In this document: positions 1 to 8,585 of the stretch, piece after piece | How the letters are laid out: each line of letters begins with the position of its first letter | Position numbering within the stretch: the first letter of the stretch is position 1 | Assembly: GCA_963675745.2 (NCBI GenBank) | Contig: CAXXWX010000010.1 | Coordinates: 32,001-96,000, forward strand | DNA length: 64,000 bases | Origin: Phycisphaerae bacterium | Lineage (GTDB): Bacteria; Planctomycetota; Phycisphaerae; UBA1845; Fen-1342 | Reading direction: 5' to 3' | Translations under genes and position numbers: made by a program | Notes under the pieces: generated by a model | The model's database searches: none | What the model was told of the DNA's origin: nothing | Seen by the model: the letters and a program-made list of their open reading frames with translations, nothing else

Positions 1-848
1 CCAACTTCAGAGAGCACGCAGCGTTCCGAAAGACTGCCCCGCAGCAACGCAAACGCGTTTGCGCCGGTGCAGTGGGCTGCCACAACCTGTCCGACCTCGC
101 GGCGACGAAGTTCCGCGATCGTCCACTCGATCCGCTCGCGCGACGCGGCGCTGAGGTGCATACCGCCCAGCACGGCTCGCACCGGAGCGCTGCCCGTGAG
201 CTTTTCGACGTGCCGCAGCGTGTTGATCACGCCGGCGTGGGCGCAGCCGAGCACAACGACGACGCCCCCGCCCGTGCGAATCACCAGCGCCTGATCATCG
301 ACCAGCGGATCGGGGCGCCCGCACGCCTCATCAAGATAGAACGGCCCGCCGGTATCTTCCAGGTCATTGGCTCGCGGTACCTCTCCCGTAACCTGGATTC
401 CGGCGGCGATTTCCACGGGCGTTGTTGTGGGAACCAGCCGATCGCCGATACGGCCTGGCAGGTTGAGCCGATCGCCGGGCATGCCGATGTAGCGCGCGGG
501 TTTGCCCGGTTTGCCTGAGTACTTCGCGTCAAAGGCGCCTGGGTGCGCGAACACCCGTGCGGCGGGGGCCAGGTCCAGCACTGCCGACAACGCTCCGGTG
601 TGGTCATAGTGCCCATGGCTGAGGACGATTGCGTCTGTCGTTTCGAGCGAGATGCCCAACTCCTGGGCATTGTGCAATAGCGCCTCTCCCTGCCCCGCGT
701 CAAAGAGCACCCGGCACGCCGGCGTTTCAACCCAGCACGCCCAACCGTGTTCGGCGAGCAGACCGCTCTTCCGAACGAAGTTGTCAACGAGCACGGTGGC
801 CTGGACCCGGCCGACGCGGTCCGCACGTGCTGGCTCTGACGAGGACAT
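1..848 (-). CDS. MBL-fold metallo-hydrolase, running off the window start (3' end missing)
   Basis: Not in the ORF track because it has no stop inside the window. Manual translation from ATG at 848 gives ...TVLVDN...LLAEHGWACWVE...VLFDAGQG...AIVLSHGHYDHTG (HxHxDH) and later AAHCTG. Confidence 0.88.
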   Translation of the reverse strand, partial: MSSSEPARADRVGRVQATVLVDNFVRKSGLLAEHGWACWVETPACRVLFDAGQGEALLHNAQELGISLETTDAIVLSHGHYDHTGALSAVLDLAPAARVFAHPGAFDAKYSGKPGKPARYIGMPGDRLNLPGRIGDRLVPTTTPVEIAAGIQVTGEVPRANDLEDTGGPFYLDEACGRPDPLVDDQALVIRTGGGVVVVLGCAHAGVINTLRHVEKLTGSAPVRAVLGGMHLSAASRERIEWTIAELRRREVGQVVAAHCTGANAFALLRGSLSERCVLSEV

Positions 849-906
849 CCTGATTGCTCCTGGCTCAGACGCGTACGAGACTGGCAATCGTCCCCAGACC
901 GACCTT

Positions 907-965
907 ACACCGGCGTTCAACCGGCGTGTCGCCGACATTCTCACTGGTTACAAACCAGCGCCACA
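907..965. repeat. Degenerate REP-like pair of hairpins
   Basis: ACACCGGCGTTCAACCGGCGTGT followed by CACTGGTTACAAACCAGCGCCACA, intergenic between two minus-strand genes. Confidence 0.4.
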
Positions 966-980
966 GTCCGGGGATGGCTT

Positions 981-2006
981 TCAGTCCTCTGCCGTCTCCA
1001 CCTTCTGCGCGGTTAGTTCCTCGATCCGCCGCCGAATTCGGTCGGCGCTCTGCTCCAAACACCGCAAGTCGGTCTGTAACGCGCCAAGTTCCTGTTCCGG
1101 CACGCCGTGGCGCAGGGCTGGCACTTGCGCGCCTGTCGGGTCTCGCGCAGGCAGGTCGCTCGACCTGCGCAGAATGGCACTCCCGACATCACAACCCACC
1201 TCGCGCGCGATGACTGGGCACTTTGCCATGAACGCGAAAAAGATGTCCTTGGGCACGTCGGTGAGTGTTTCGAAGTTTCCCTGACCCTTGGCGATGATAA
1301 GATCAGCCGCGTCAAACCGCCGTTGAAACGCGGCGCTGCAATCCTCCAGAATTGTCCCGGGCGCGTCAGATCCGTTGTCGATCACCTCGACCAGTTCCAG
1401 CAGGCCGGCGACGCGGGCATCGGCCAGCGTCGCGTCATTGATGACCGGTGCGCCGCGCACCACTACCGTCACCTTCGCGAGCGGCAGTCGCTCCAGCAGT
1501 AACCGGTCAAAGACTAATTCGCCGGCGTTGTCCGCCAGGTACAGAATGCGGTCGACATCATTGACGGCACGTGCCAGGGAATCCACGTCGCCGTAAAGCG
1601 GCGCTCTCAATGCAGCGTCAATCGACGCCGTAATCCGCTCGTCGGTCAGTGTCACGTTGACACCCATGTCGATCACGTTCCCGGCAATTGCCAGGCGCAC
1701 GGCCGCGACGAGCGGGGAATCGGACGCATCAACGCGTGTGCGCAGGTCGGGTAGCAGGCGCAGGGCCAACTGGTTGCTCCGTTCCTTCGCTGCCGCGTAG
1801 GGATCGCTCTGACCGACCAGTTCCCGGATGCGGCGATGAATGCGCTGTCCCATTGCGGGCGGTGGCTGATGCGGGTCCACGGCACAGGCTGCGTGCAGTA
1901 TCTCGTTGAACAGACGCTCATGAGTGGCTTTGTTGTCGGTCACGAGGCGCACGGCATCCAGCGTTTGACGCAGAAAACAGGGGATACAGTCAAGATACGT
2001 CTTCAT
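981..2006 (-). CDS. DUF89/ARMT1-like damage-control phosphatase with a C-terminal DUF5320-like coiled-coil extension
   Basis: MKTYLDCIPC, AIAGNVID, LADNAGE, INDAT, IIAKGQGNFETL motifs; tail PEQELGALQTDLRCLEQSADRIRRRIEEL. Confidence 0.9.
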   Translation of the reverse strand: MKTYLDCIPCFLRQTLDAVRLVTDNKATHERLFNEILHAACAVDPHQPPPAMGQRIHRRIRELVGQSDPYAAAKERSNQLALRLLPDLRTRVDASDSPLVAAVRLAIAGNVIDMGVNVTLTDERITASIDAALRAPLYGDVDSLARAVNDVDRILYLADNAGELVFDRLLLERLPLAKVTVVVRGAPVINDATLADARVAGLLELVEVIDNGSDAPGTILEDCSAAFQRRFDAADLIIAKGQGNFETLTDVPKDIFFAFMAKCPVIAREVGCDVGSAILRRSSDLPARDPTGAQVPALRHGVPEQELGALQTDLRCLEQSADRIRRRIEELTAQKVETAED

Positions 2007-2622
2007 AATTCTGTCACCATCTCCACAGCCCAGGCTTCAGCCGCCCGGGCGGCGAAGCGCACGGGCGCATTAACGTCCCTCGCTCACTGACGCCGCAGCG
2101 CTAACTACTCCGGCGCCAGAAAACCGCGCTCCGTCAATCGTCCGGCCAAGTGAGCCTGGAGTCCAGCTTGGCCGTCGCAGAAACTTGAGCGGCGTGCCCC
2201 TCGCAGACACTTCGACCATTCGCCGGCTCGTGGGCGTCTTGCCGTCTATGCCCGCCACCCGCAGGCGCCGCGCCCGGCATCGGTGACACACGCCTCTCAT
2301 ACGCAGCGATTCCGAGCCGCGCGAAGGTGAGAGGTGCATAGTGCGTGCCGACTGACGGCCAGCGGGGCACCTGTGCTAAGATAGTGATGTGAAAGGCTTT
2401 ACGCGTTGACGGCGGATTTGCCCGGTCTTGCGGCAATTGCAAAGTGCAACGCCGCCACCAGCGAGTGATCGCGAAATGCAAGGCCTGTTGCGAGGGCGCG
2501 TGCCTCAGTTCAACGCCGTCGGCCGGCGATCTCCGCCCCCCGCCGGCCCGCGGGCAGTCACCCGCGCGGGTTCGCCGGCTGTAGTGTCATAGTCCTGGGA
2601 TGGCTTCCAGCTACTCGCGGGT

Positions 2623-2955
2623 CTACGTTGAATCCTCGCTGATGCCGGCCAGCCGTCCCAAGCCGTCAATGAGCATCTCCACATCTGTGTCGTCATAGAA
2701 ATCCACGGCCCGCTCGGCACCGGTATGGCAACCGCCGCTGCGGCGAATCTGATCGCCTATCTCCGTGCGCCCGATTGCCGTCAGGATCGTGAGCCGGGCC
2801 TGGCGCAGCGGGCCGGTGGATGGGTCGGTCATCGTCAGCAGCGACCGCAGTCGCACGCCGATCCCACGCTTCTCCCGGCGCAGGTCTTCCCCGGCCTCCA
2901 GTGCGGCGTTCAGGTCAGCGAGAATATGGCGGGCAAGTGTGGAAGCCTCTGACAT
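2623..2955 (-). CDS. Hypothetical protein (110 aa)
   Basis: ORF co-directional with neighbours, normal helical composition; no family recognised. Confidence 0.55.
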   Translation of the reverse strand: MSEASTLARHILADLNAALEAGEDLRREKRGIGVRLRSLLTMTDPSTGPLRQARLTILTAIGRTEIGDQIRRSGGCHTGAERAVDFYDDTDVEMLIDGLGRLAGISEDST

Positions 2956-3027
2956 GGCTGACCCGGTCCTGGATGCGAGGGTGCAGGAGTCAACTGATCG
3001 TTGGCGGCTGTTTTGCCGTAGCGGTCG

Positions 3028-4197
3028 TTACGCGAAGAAGGCTTCCATTCTGTCGAAGGCCTTGTTTATCTCATCTTCCGTGACGCAGAACGACATCCGC
3101 AGGTGCCCTTCGCCGGTCGGTCCAAAGGCCACGCCGGGCGTTGTTGACACCCGAGCTTCCCTGAGCAATCGCTTGCAGAACGCGGCTGAATCCCTGCCAA
3201 CATCGCTCAGGATTCGGGGGAACATCAGGTACGAACCGTGCGGCTTCTGGTACGCGAAGACCGGGGTCAGGCCGTCGAGTCGCTTGCACATGAGATCACG
3301 CGCGGCCCGGTAGTGATCACGGAAGCCGGCGACACAATCCTGCGAGCCCCGCAGAGCCGCCAGCGCGGCGTACTGCGATACCACCGGCGCGCAAATCGCA
3401 AACGGAATGTGGGCCTTCGTAATCTGCGGGATCAACTCTTCGTCGGCGTGCAGGTAGCCGATCCGCCACCCGGTCATGGCGTAGGTCTTTGTAAAGGTGT
3501 AGCAGCTTACGGCATGCTTGCGCATCTCGGGAATCGAAGCGATGCTGAAGTGCTGATGGCCGTCGAACGTGAAGTACTCATAGGCCTCGTCCGTAATAAC
3601 CGCCAGGTCGTGCTCCAGCGCGACATCCGCCAGTTCGCGAAGCTGCTTCTCGCTGAACACCGTGCCGGTCGGATTGCTCGGCGAGCAGTATAGGATGGCC
3701 TTGGTTCGCGGCGTGACGGCCTTGCGGATGGCGTCAGTGTCCAGGACAAAACCCGCATCTTCGATGGTGGGAACCATCACAGGCCTGCCCGAGGCGATGA
3801 CCACCTGGCGGATGTGCGTTGAATAGGTGGGTGTCGGCAGGATGACCTCATCGCCCGGGTCGACCACGGCCATGACCGCCGCGGCCAGCCCTTCGATGGC
3901 ACCGACCGTAACCAGTACCTGCGCGACGTTGGCATCGATGCCGTTGTCTCGCTTGAGCTTCAGGACGATTTCCTCGCGCAGCGGCGGCAGACCGGACGTC
4001 TCGGAGTATCCGCCGACCTTGCCTTCCTTAATGGCTGAGATCGCGGCTTGGTTGATGTGATCCGGCGTGCCGGACGTCGGCTTGGCCCAGGATAAGAACG
4101 CGACATCTTCCACCTCTTTTGACAATCGGGTCATTTCGTGAATGGCGGATTTGCTGATTTCGCTGACCCGATGAGATGTCCTTGCCTTTGTCGTCAT
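3028..4197 (-). CDS. Class I/II PLP-dependent aminotransferase (aspartate aminotransferase-like)
   Basis: SPSNPTG, ITDEAYE, TFTKTYAMTGWRIG (PLP lysine), PGVAFG, HLRMSF. Confidence 0.93.
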   Translation of the reverse strand: MTTKARTSHRVSEISKSAIHEMTRLSKEVEDVAFLSWAKPTSGTPDHINQAAISAIKEGKVGGYSETSGLPPLREEIVLKLKRDNGIDANVAQVLVTVGAIEGLAAAVMAVVDPGDEVILPTPTYSTHIRQVVIASGRPVMVPTIEDAGFVLDTDAIRKAVTPRTKAILYCSPSNPTGTVFSEKQLRELADVALEHDLAVITDEAYEYFTFDGHQHFSIASIPEMRKHAVSCYTFTKTYAMTGWRIGYLHADEELIPQITKAHIPFAICAPVVSQYAALAALRGSQDCVAGFRDHYRAARDLMCKRLDGLTPVFAYQKPHGSYLMFPRILSDVGRDSAAFCKRLLREARVSTTPGVAFGPTGEGHLRMSFCVTEDEINKAFDRMEAFFA

Positions 4198-4327
4198 TCA
4201 GTTCTCTCCTCTGTCGAGACTTTTCGTCGCGGGGCGCGCAACACTCACTTGACCAGCGCGCGCGGCACAAGATCCGATGGACTCGCACACCCCGCCCGGT
4301 CGAGTTTCAGCGTCTCATCTGTTCGGC

Positions 4328-6796
4328 CTACACGGGGCCAGCGAAGAGTGTCGCAAGAGTCTCGAAGTCGGGCCAGTCGATCAGCCCATCATCACCGGTG
4401 AGGTTCCCGGGCTCGCACTCGACACCGGCCGTTTCGCCGAAGCAGCTCTGGAACGCCGCCGAGTCCGTCAGGTCGATGTCGCCGTCGGCGTCGAAGTCTC
4501 CGTCGCCATAGAGGATGCACGCCTGGCCGGCCTCGTCGCACCATTCCCCGGGCCCGCAGGGAGCGGTGCCTTCGAGACACTCCCCACCCGCGCAGGTCTC
4601 CAGCCCGTTGCACCAGACGCCATCGCTGCAATCATCGTCGTCGCCGCACTCACCCAACGTGATATCCAGCCGGCCGATGTCCCCGGCGCTGATTGTTGCG
4701 GCTACCGTCCGGTCCACATAGCCGGCCTGGCTGGCGGTCACCGCGTGGTTGGGCGGACTGGGGGGCACCATCGTCACCACGTAGTAGCCGTTTCCGTCAC
4801 ACTGCACCGCGCCCACGCCGGCAATCGTGACCGTGGTGTCGTCGAGGGCCGCGCCGGTGAACACGTCGGTGACACGTCCCCACAGCGTGCCCTCGGTCGC
4901 CGTGTTCGGGTCGCGCCAACTCATCCCTGGAACGGGTGCCGGGTTCACATACACGCCGCTTGCCACCTGCCCGTACCAATTCGTGCGCGGCTGGCCGTCA
5001 TCGTTGGTGCCGTAGTAGGAGTAGGTACACATTCCGTCAGCGCCGGCATTGCGGGCATACAGCATCTGTGTCTGGCTGTTGGCGAAGGTGTTCAAGTAGA
5101 TTCCGGGACCGGGGTACATGTGACGGTCGTACTTCCAGCCGATGGCGGCATCGACCCAATTGCGATACCACTGATCGTGCGGCGGATTGTGCTCCCGGTA
5201 GTAGCACATAGGGATGCCGGCGTCGAGGTAACCCAACTCCATCCACGCGCGCCAATCCTGGAAGAGACTGTAGGCGTTGGACGACGTGAAATCGCCGGGC
5301 GCATCGCCCCAGGTGATCAGCGCCGCCGTGTAGCGCAGCGGCTGGCGCGGGTTGCTGGATATGGAAGCGATCTCGGCCCGCGCACGGCGTACGAGCTCAT
5401 TGATCTCGCGCCGGCGGAATTCGTCCCACAGCGCGTTGCCGCTGTACGGCGGGGTCCCGACATAACCCGCAATAGCCTGGAAGCGGGCCAGCCCCGACGC
5501 GATGTAGGACGTGTCCGCCGGATAGCCGGCGTTCGTGCTCCGGTAGCGGATAAAATCCCAATGAAACCCGTCGATCTCGTAGTTCGTCACCACTTCACGC
5601 AGGATACTGATCTCGTACTCCTGCACATCCGGGGAGCCGGGATCGAGCGTGTAGATGCCGTCAATCGGCGCCGGCCCGCCTCCGATGTCGCCCTCTGACA
5701 CCGTCACCCACTCGGGCTGTATGACGGCGTTGCCGCTTGGGGGCCAGACGCTGCACGCCAGGTACGGCACGACCCAGGGATGCACCTCAATCCCGTTGGC
5801 GTGCGCCTGCTGAACGAGATACGCCAGCGGATCGATGTCGCCGATGATGTCGCCGGCTTTGGGCACGATGCTCGAGTTCCAATAGGCACCATGGCCACTT
5901 TCGGCGGTATCGCGGTAAACGAGCACTTCGGGGATCACGGCGTTGTAGTTGCCGATTCGCGCCAGCATGATCATCGCGTCGATATCGGCCGTGCTCTTGA
6001 AGCCCGGATTGAACGCGTCGGCCCAGAACGCCCGGAACTCCGGCGGATCGGTCTCGCCGGTGTCAGCAACAAAAGCCGCCGTCACCGTCTTGCTCTGGTC
6101 CATCAGCACCGTGGATGTCGCCACGGCATCCGGCACCGGCACCCCGGCCGATACCTCCCAATGGTCGAATCGGTAGCCCGGGTCGCCCAGTGCGGCGATG
6201 GGTACGACATCGTTCACCACTCGCACATACGGACCGCCCACCGCGGGCAGCGTGCTGCCCGTGTCGGGCGGCGACACCGCCAGGGTGAGCTCGACCGTGC
6301 TCGCGGGGCCGGCGAACCGCACCGCGTCGGCGATGACAACGCTCGGGTTGGCGTCGTTGCTCAGCGTGACGTACCCACCCGTGCCGGCATTGAAGTTGAA
6401 CACGCCGAGGATGAACCAACTTTCACCGTTCGCCTGCTGATTGACCGGGACGGTCGTGGAGCCGCCCGCGTGATGCACGGTGAAATCTGAGTTGACCGAT
6501 CGGTTTCTGCCTTGCACGTACCAGATGGCGACCTGGTACTGGCCGCTGACCGGCAGGTCAGGGCGCCACTCGGCCTCGGCGGGCGCGGCGCCGTCGGTCG
6601 TGAAGGCGTAGTTGTAGTCCGTACCGTGGGGAGTTCCGAAGGACCCTGAACCCCAATCGCCTTCCAGAATGGTGAACTCGGGATCGCTGTTATCCACGAT
6701 GACAATCTGCGCACTGAGCGACGCGCCTCCCAGCAAGAGAATCGCGCCCACAGCCAAAATCCGCCGGCCGGGCGGCATGGGCCCATTGATACGCAT
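4328..6796 (-). CDS. Secreted GHL10 (DUF187/YddW-like) glycoside hydrolase with N-terminal golvesin-like module, InlB-B-type repeat, carboxypeptidase-regulatory-like domain and dockerin-like tail
   Basis: Signal peptide; IIVDNSD...WRPDLP..GQYQVAIWY...VVIADAVRF; EFRAFW, DPLAYLVQQAHANGIEVHPW, LDPGSPDVQ, YEIDGFHWDFIRY, QDWRAWM; C-terminal GDFDADGDIDLTD. Confidence 0.85.
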   Translation of the reverse strand: MRINGPMPPGRRILAVGAILLLGGASLSAQIVIVDNSDPEFTILEGDWGSGSFGTPHGTDYNYAFTTDGAAPAEAEWRPDLPVSGQYQVAIWYVQGRNRSVNSDFTVHHAGGSTTVPVNQQANGESWFILGVFNFNAGTGGYVTLSNDANPSVVIADAVRFAGPASTVELTLAVSPPDTGSTLPAVGGPYVRVVNDVVPIAALGDPGYRFDHWEVSAGVPVPDAVATSTVLMDQSKTVTAAFVADTGETDPPEFRAFWADAFNPGFKSTADIDAMIMLARIGNYNAVIPEVLVYRDTAESGHGAYWNSSIVPKAGDIIGDIDPLAYLVQQAHANGIEVHPWVVPYLACSVWPPSGNAVIQPEWVTVSEGDIGGGPAPIDGIYTLDPGSPDVQEYEISILREVVTNYEIDGFHWDFIRYRSTNAGYPADTSYIASGLARFQAIAGYVGTPPYSGNALWDEFRRREINELVRRARAEIASISSNPRQPLRYTAALITWGDAPGDFTSSNAYSLFQDWRAWMELGYLDAGIPMCYYREHNPPHDQWYRNWVDAAIGWKYDRHMYPGPGIYLNTFANSQTQMLYARNAGADGMCTYSYYGTNDDGQPRTNWYGQVASGVYVNPAPVPGMSWRDPNTATEGTLWGRVTDVFTGAALDDTTVTIAGVGAVQCDGNGYYVVTMVPPSPPNHAVTASQAGYVDRTVAATISAGDIGRLDITLGECGDDDDCSDGVWCNGLETCAGGECLEGTAPCGPGEWCDEAGQACILYGDGDFDADGDIDLTDSAAFQSCFGETAGVECEPGNLTGDDGLIDWPDFETLATLFAGPV

Positions 6797-6929
6797 CAGA
6801 TCTCACCTCCGCCCAGATATGTGCCCCCACGACAAACCCCAGACCCCATGGTACACCCGTGTCTGTCCACATCAAATACCTGCACCGGCGCGGGCCGCCG
6901 CAGGCGTCGCTTGCTTGTGCGTCTCGCGT

Positions 6930-7107
6930 GACGGCGCTGGCGGAAGGCCTCGATCCACACCGAGATGACGCGGTCGCAAGTGGCTTTGCAGGGCAAGGTG
7001 CCGTGCGGCCCGAGGTGAGTGTAGCGGCCATTCAGCGCAACGACGGCTTGGCCACTGGCCTTGCGCTGACGATGTGTGGGCGGTTTATCGACAGAAAGCC
7101 CGGGCAT
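6930..7107 (-). pseudogene. N-terminal remnant of a planctomycete-type tyrosine integrase
   Basis: MPGLSVDKPPTHRQRKASGQAVVALNGRYTHLGPHGT...CDRVISVW resembles the HKASGQAVVTLNGRDxYLGPHG arm-binding N-terminus; no catalytic domain follows. Confidence 0.75.
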
Positions 7108-7222
7108 CGTGCGACGTCCAGATCCGCTAAGACGGTATGCACCGTTCTTCTGGGATCCCCAAGCCGCACTGCCCAGGGCAGGCTGGTACGCTCAATCAAG
7201 CGTTCGGCGGAATTTGCGAAAA

Positions 7223-7256
7223 TCGAAGTGACTGGGCGCGGTTGGGACTTCTTGCG
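7223..7256 (+). mobile_element. Putative att site (degenerate tRNA-Pro 3'-end core plus element arm)
   Basis: TCGAAGTGACTGGGCGCGGTTGGGACTTCTTGCG is 29/34 identical to the reverse complement of 61623-61656 and lies in direct orientation with the tRNA-Pro 3' end at 8498-8511 (TCGGGGCGACAGGA). Confidence 0.6.
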
Positions 7257-7324
7257 GCCGGGACCGCTGACCCCCCACAGCGAGCCATCGAAGCGTTGCT
7301 CGCGGTGTGACAAAACCTCACGAC

Positions 7325-7363
7325 TTGCCTGGTGTTGCCTGGTGTTGCCTGGTGTTGCCTGGT
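7325..7363. repeat. 10-bp tandem repeat (TTGCCTGGTG, about 3.9 copies)
   Basis: Read directly from the sequence. Confidence 0.9.
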
Positions 7364-7489
7364 CCGTGCGACGCCGAGCCCAGTGCGCGCCGAAGATGGC
7401 AGGGGAAACGTCGCGGTACCGATCCAGGTGATTCGCGGTTACGGTGTCGCCGTCGCCGTCGCCGTGGAGGTTGCGACATCCCATCCGGG

Positions 7490-8158
7490 TCAGAGTCCGA
7501 ACGCTTCCGTCACTCGCTCGAACAGCTCATCCTCGGTCAACGTCGTGTCAACTTCCATGGCGGGCAGATCCAGACGCTTCGTTTCCTCGCAGAGGCGGTC
7601 CGTGAACATCCGATCGCGCTCAAGCAGGTTGCGCAAAGCCCTCTCCGCGTCACTGGTTTCGCCGAGAAAGCTCCACGTCGTCCCCCCCCGACCATCGAAC
7701 ACGGCCTGACGGAACTCAGGCGTAGGGAGGAGCCAGACGGCGTGACCAGGCACGGCAAGGAGAGGCTTCACAAGGCGTGGCAACACTCGCAAGCCCTCGA
7801 CGATCACACGAGATTCCCTCGGGAGGCGGAGGAGGTCATCGACGATCATGCTGAAGCCCTCACCTCGGAACCAATGAAACGTATCGAGCATGGTTCTCGG
7901 GGATCGGTTGACCCATCGCTCGTCCAGGTCCAGGTGCATGAACTGACGCAGGTAAGGGCACTCTTCGGGCGTGCTCCGACGGGCGTGCTCCGACATCGCC
8001 TTGTCGGTCACGTAGAGCTGCAGACTGTGCTGAGCCGCTATGCGACGAGCGACGGTCGACTTGCCCGCACCGCTCCCGCCACCAATCCAGTACACGTGCT
8101 GGAGATGTTCACGCACTGCTTCAGAGTCGTCTGTCTCTCCATGTCGTCCCGGTCGCAT
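7490..8158 (-). CDS. P-loop small-molecule kinase-like protein (island cargo)
   Basis: VYWIGGGSGAGKSTVARRIA Walker A; RVIVEG Walker B-like. Confidence 0.75.
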   Translation of the reverse strand: MRPGRHGETDDSEAVREHLQHVYWIGGGSGAGKSTVARRIAAQHSLQLYVTDKAMSEHARRSTPEECPYLRQFMHLDLDERWVNRSPRTMLDTFHWFRGEGFSMIVDDLLRLPRESRVIVEGLRVLPRLVKPLLAVPGHAVWLLPTPEFRQAVFDGRGGTTWSFLGETSDAERALRNLLERDRMFTDRLCEETKRLDLPAMEVDTTLTEDELFERVTEAFGL

Positions 8159-8271
8159 CCTGCAGCCTCACGAACAACCGCCGGTTCGATGAGTAACCAC
8201 ACCTGTCGACGCAGCGCCGCAGGGTAGAAGTTGGCGCACCAAGACGCAGCGCCGCTCGAATGTAGTCGGCC

Positions 8272-8339
8272 ATAGCGATTTCGTCGGCGAAATCTACTGC
8301 TTTCTGGTAGACCGCCAGCTTCTCGAACATGAAGGGCAT
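8272..8339 (-). pseudogene. 5' fragment of a four-helix-bundle (23S rRNA IVP/Avd-like) protein gene
   Basis: MPFMFEKLAVYQKAVDFADEIA matches the family N-terminus (FEKLxVYQKAxxF); similarity stops after about 22 codons. Confidence 0.7.
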
Positions 8340-8356
8340 GCTGGGCCCCCCACATT

Positions 8357-8476
8357 GATCAGGTGAGCAGTTGAACAGGAGACCGCAGGTGAGCGGACGC
8401 GTTTGCCGGCTACGGACCCCAACAGGCAAGCGAAGGCCTCTTTCGCCTGCTCACCTGTTCTTATGCTCACCTGCTC
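8357..8476. repeat. 8-nt-period repeat arrays arranged as an inverted pair
   Basis: Arm 1 GATCAGGT GAGCAGTT GAACAGGA ...GCAGGT GAGCGG (8357-8396); arm 2 GCCTGCTC ACCTGTTC TTATGCTC ACCTGCTC (8445-8476). Confidence 0.7.
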
Positions 8477-8497
8477 TATCGCCGCCTGAGGCGGCGA

Positions 8498-8572
8498 TCG
8501 GGGCGACAGGATTCGAACCTGCGACCTTTTGCACCCCATGCAAACGCGCTAGCCAGACTGCGCCACGCCCCG
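8498..8572 (-). tRNA. tRNA-Pro (GGG)
   Basis: Reverse complement CGGGGCGTGGCGCAGTCTGGCTAGCGCG-TTTGC-ATGGGGT-GCAAA-AGGTCGCAGGTTCGAATCCTGTCGCCCCGA; no encoded CCA; perfect hairpin ATCGCCGCC-TGA-GGCGGCGAT at 8478-8498 just downstream. Confidence 0.96.
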
Positions 8573-8585
8573 GTCTTTTAATAGC

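Noticed and set aside
2007..2622. Riboswitch or small gene in the 600-bp gap upstream of the DUF89 gene
   Set aside because: Only an isolated CCTCTCA/TGAGAGG stem and low-quality ORFs; no recognisable aptamer.
4277..5698. Long antisense ORFs (also 10322-11665, 19286-20572, 21805-23337, 31088-32674, 41257-42585)
   Set aside because: They are shadows of well-supported genes on the opposite strand, expected at this GC content.
7325..7363. Possible CRISPR array
   Set aside because: The 10-bp units are contiguous with no spacers, and there are no cas genes in the window.
8160..8272. Integron attC site or meaningful 13-bp direct repeat (GACGCAGCGCCGC at 8208 and 8243)
   Set aside because: No paired RYYYAAC/GTTRRRY ends, no IntI gene, and only two GC-rich copies.
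8272..8339. Diversity-generating retroelement
   Set aside because: Only an Avd-like fragment is present; no reverse transcriptase or template/variable repeat pair was seen.
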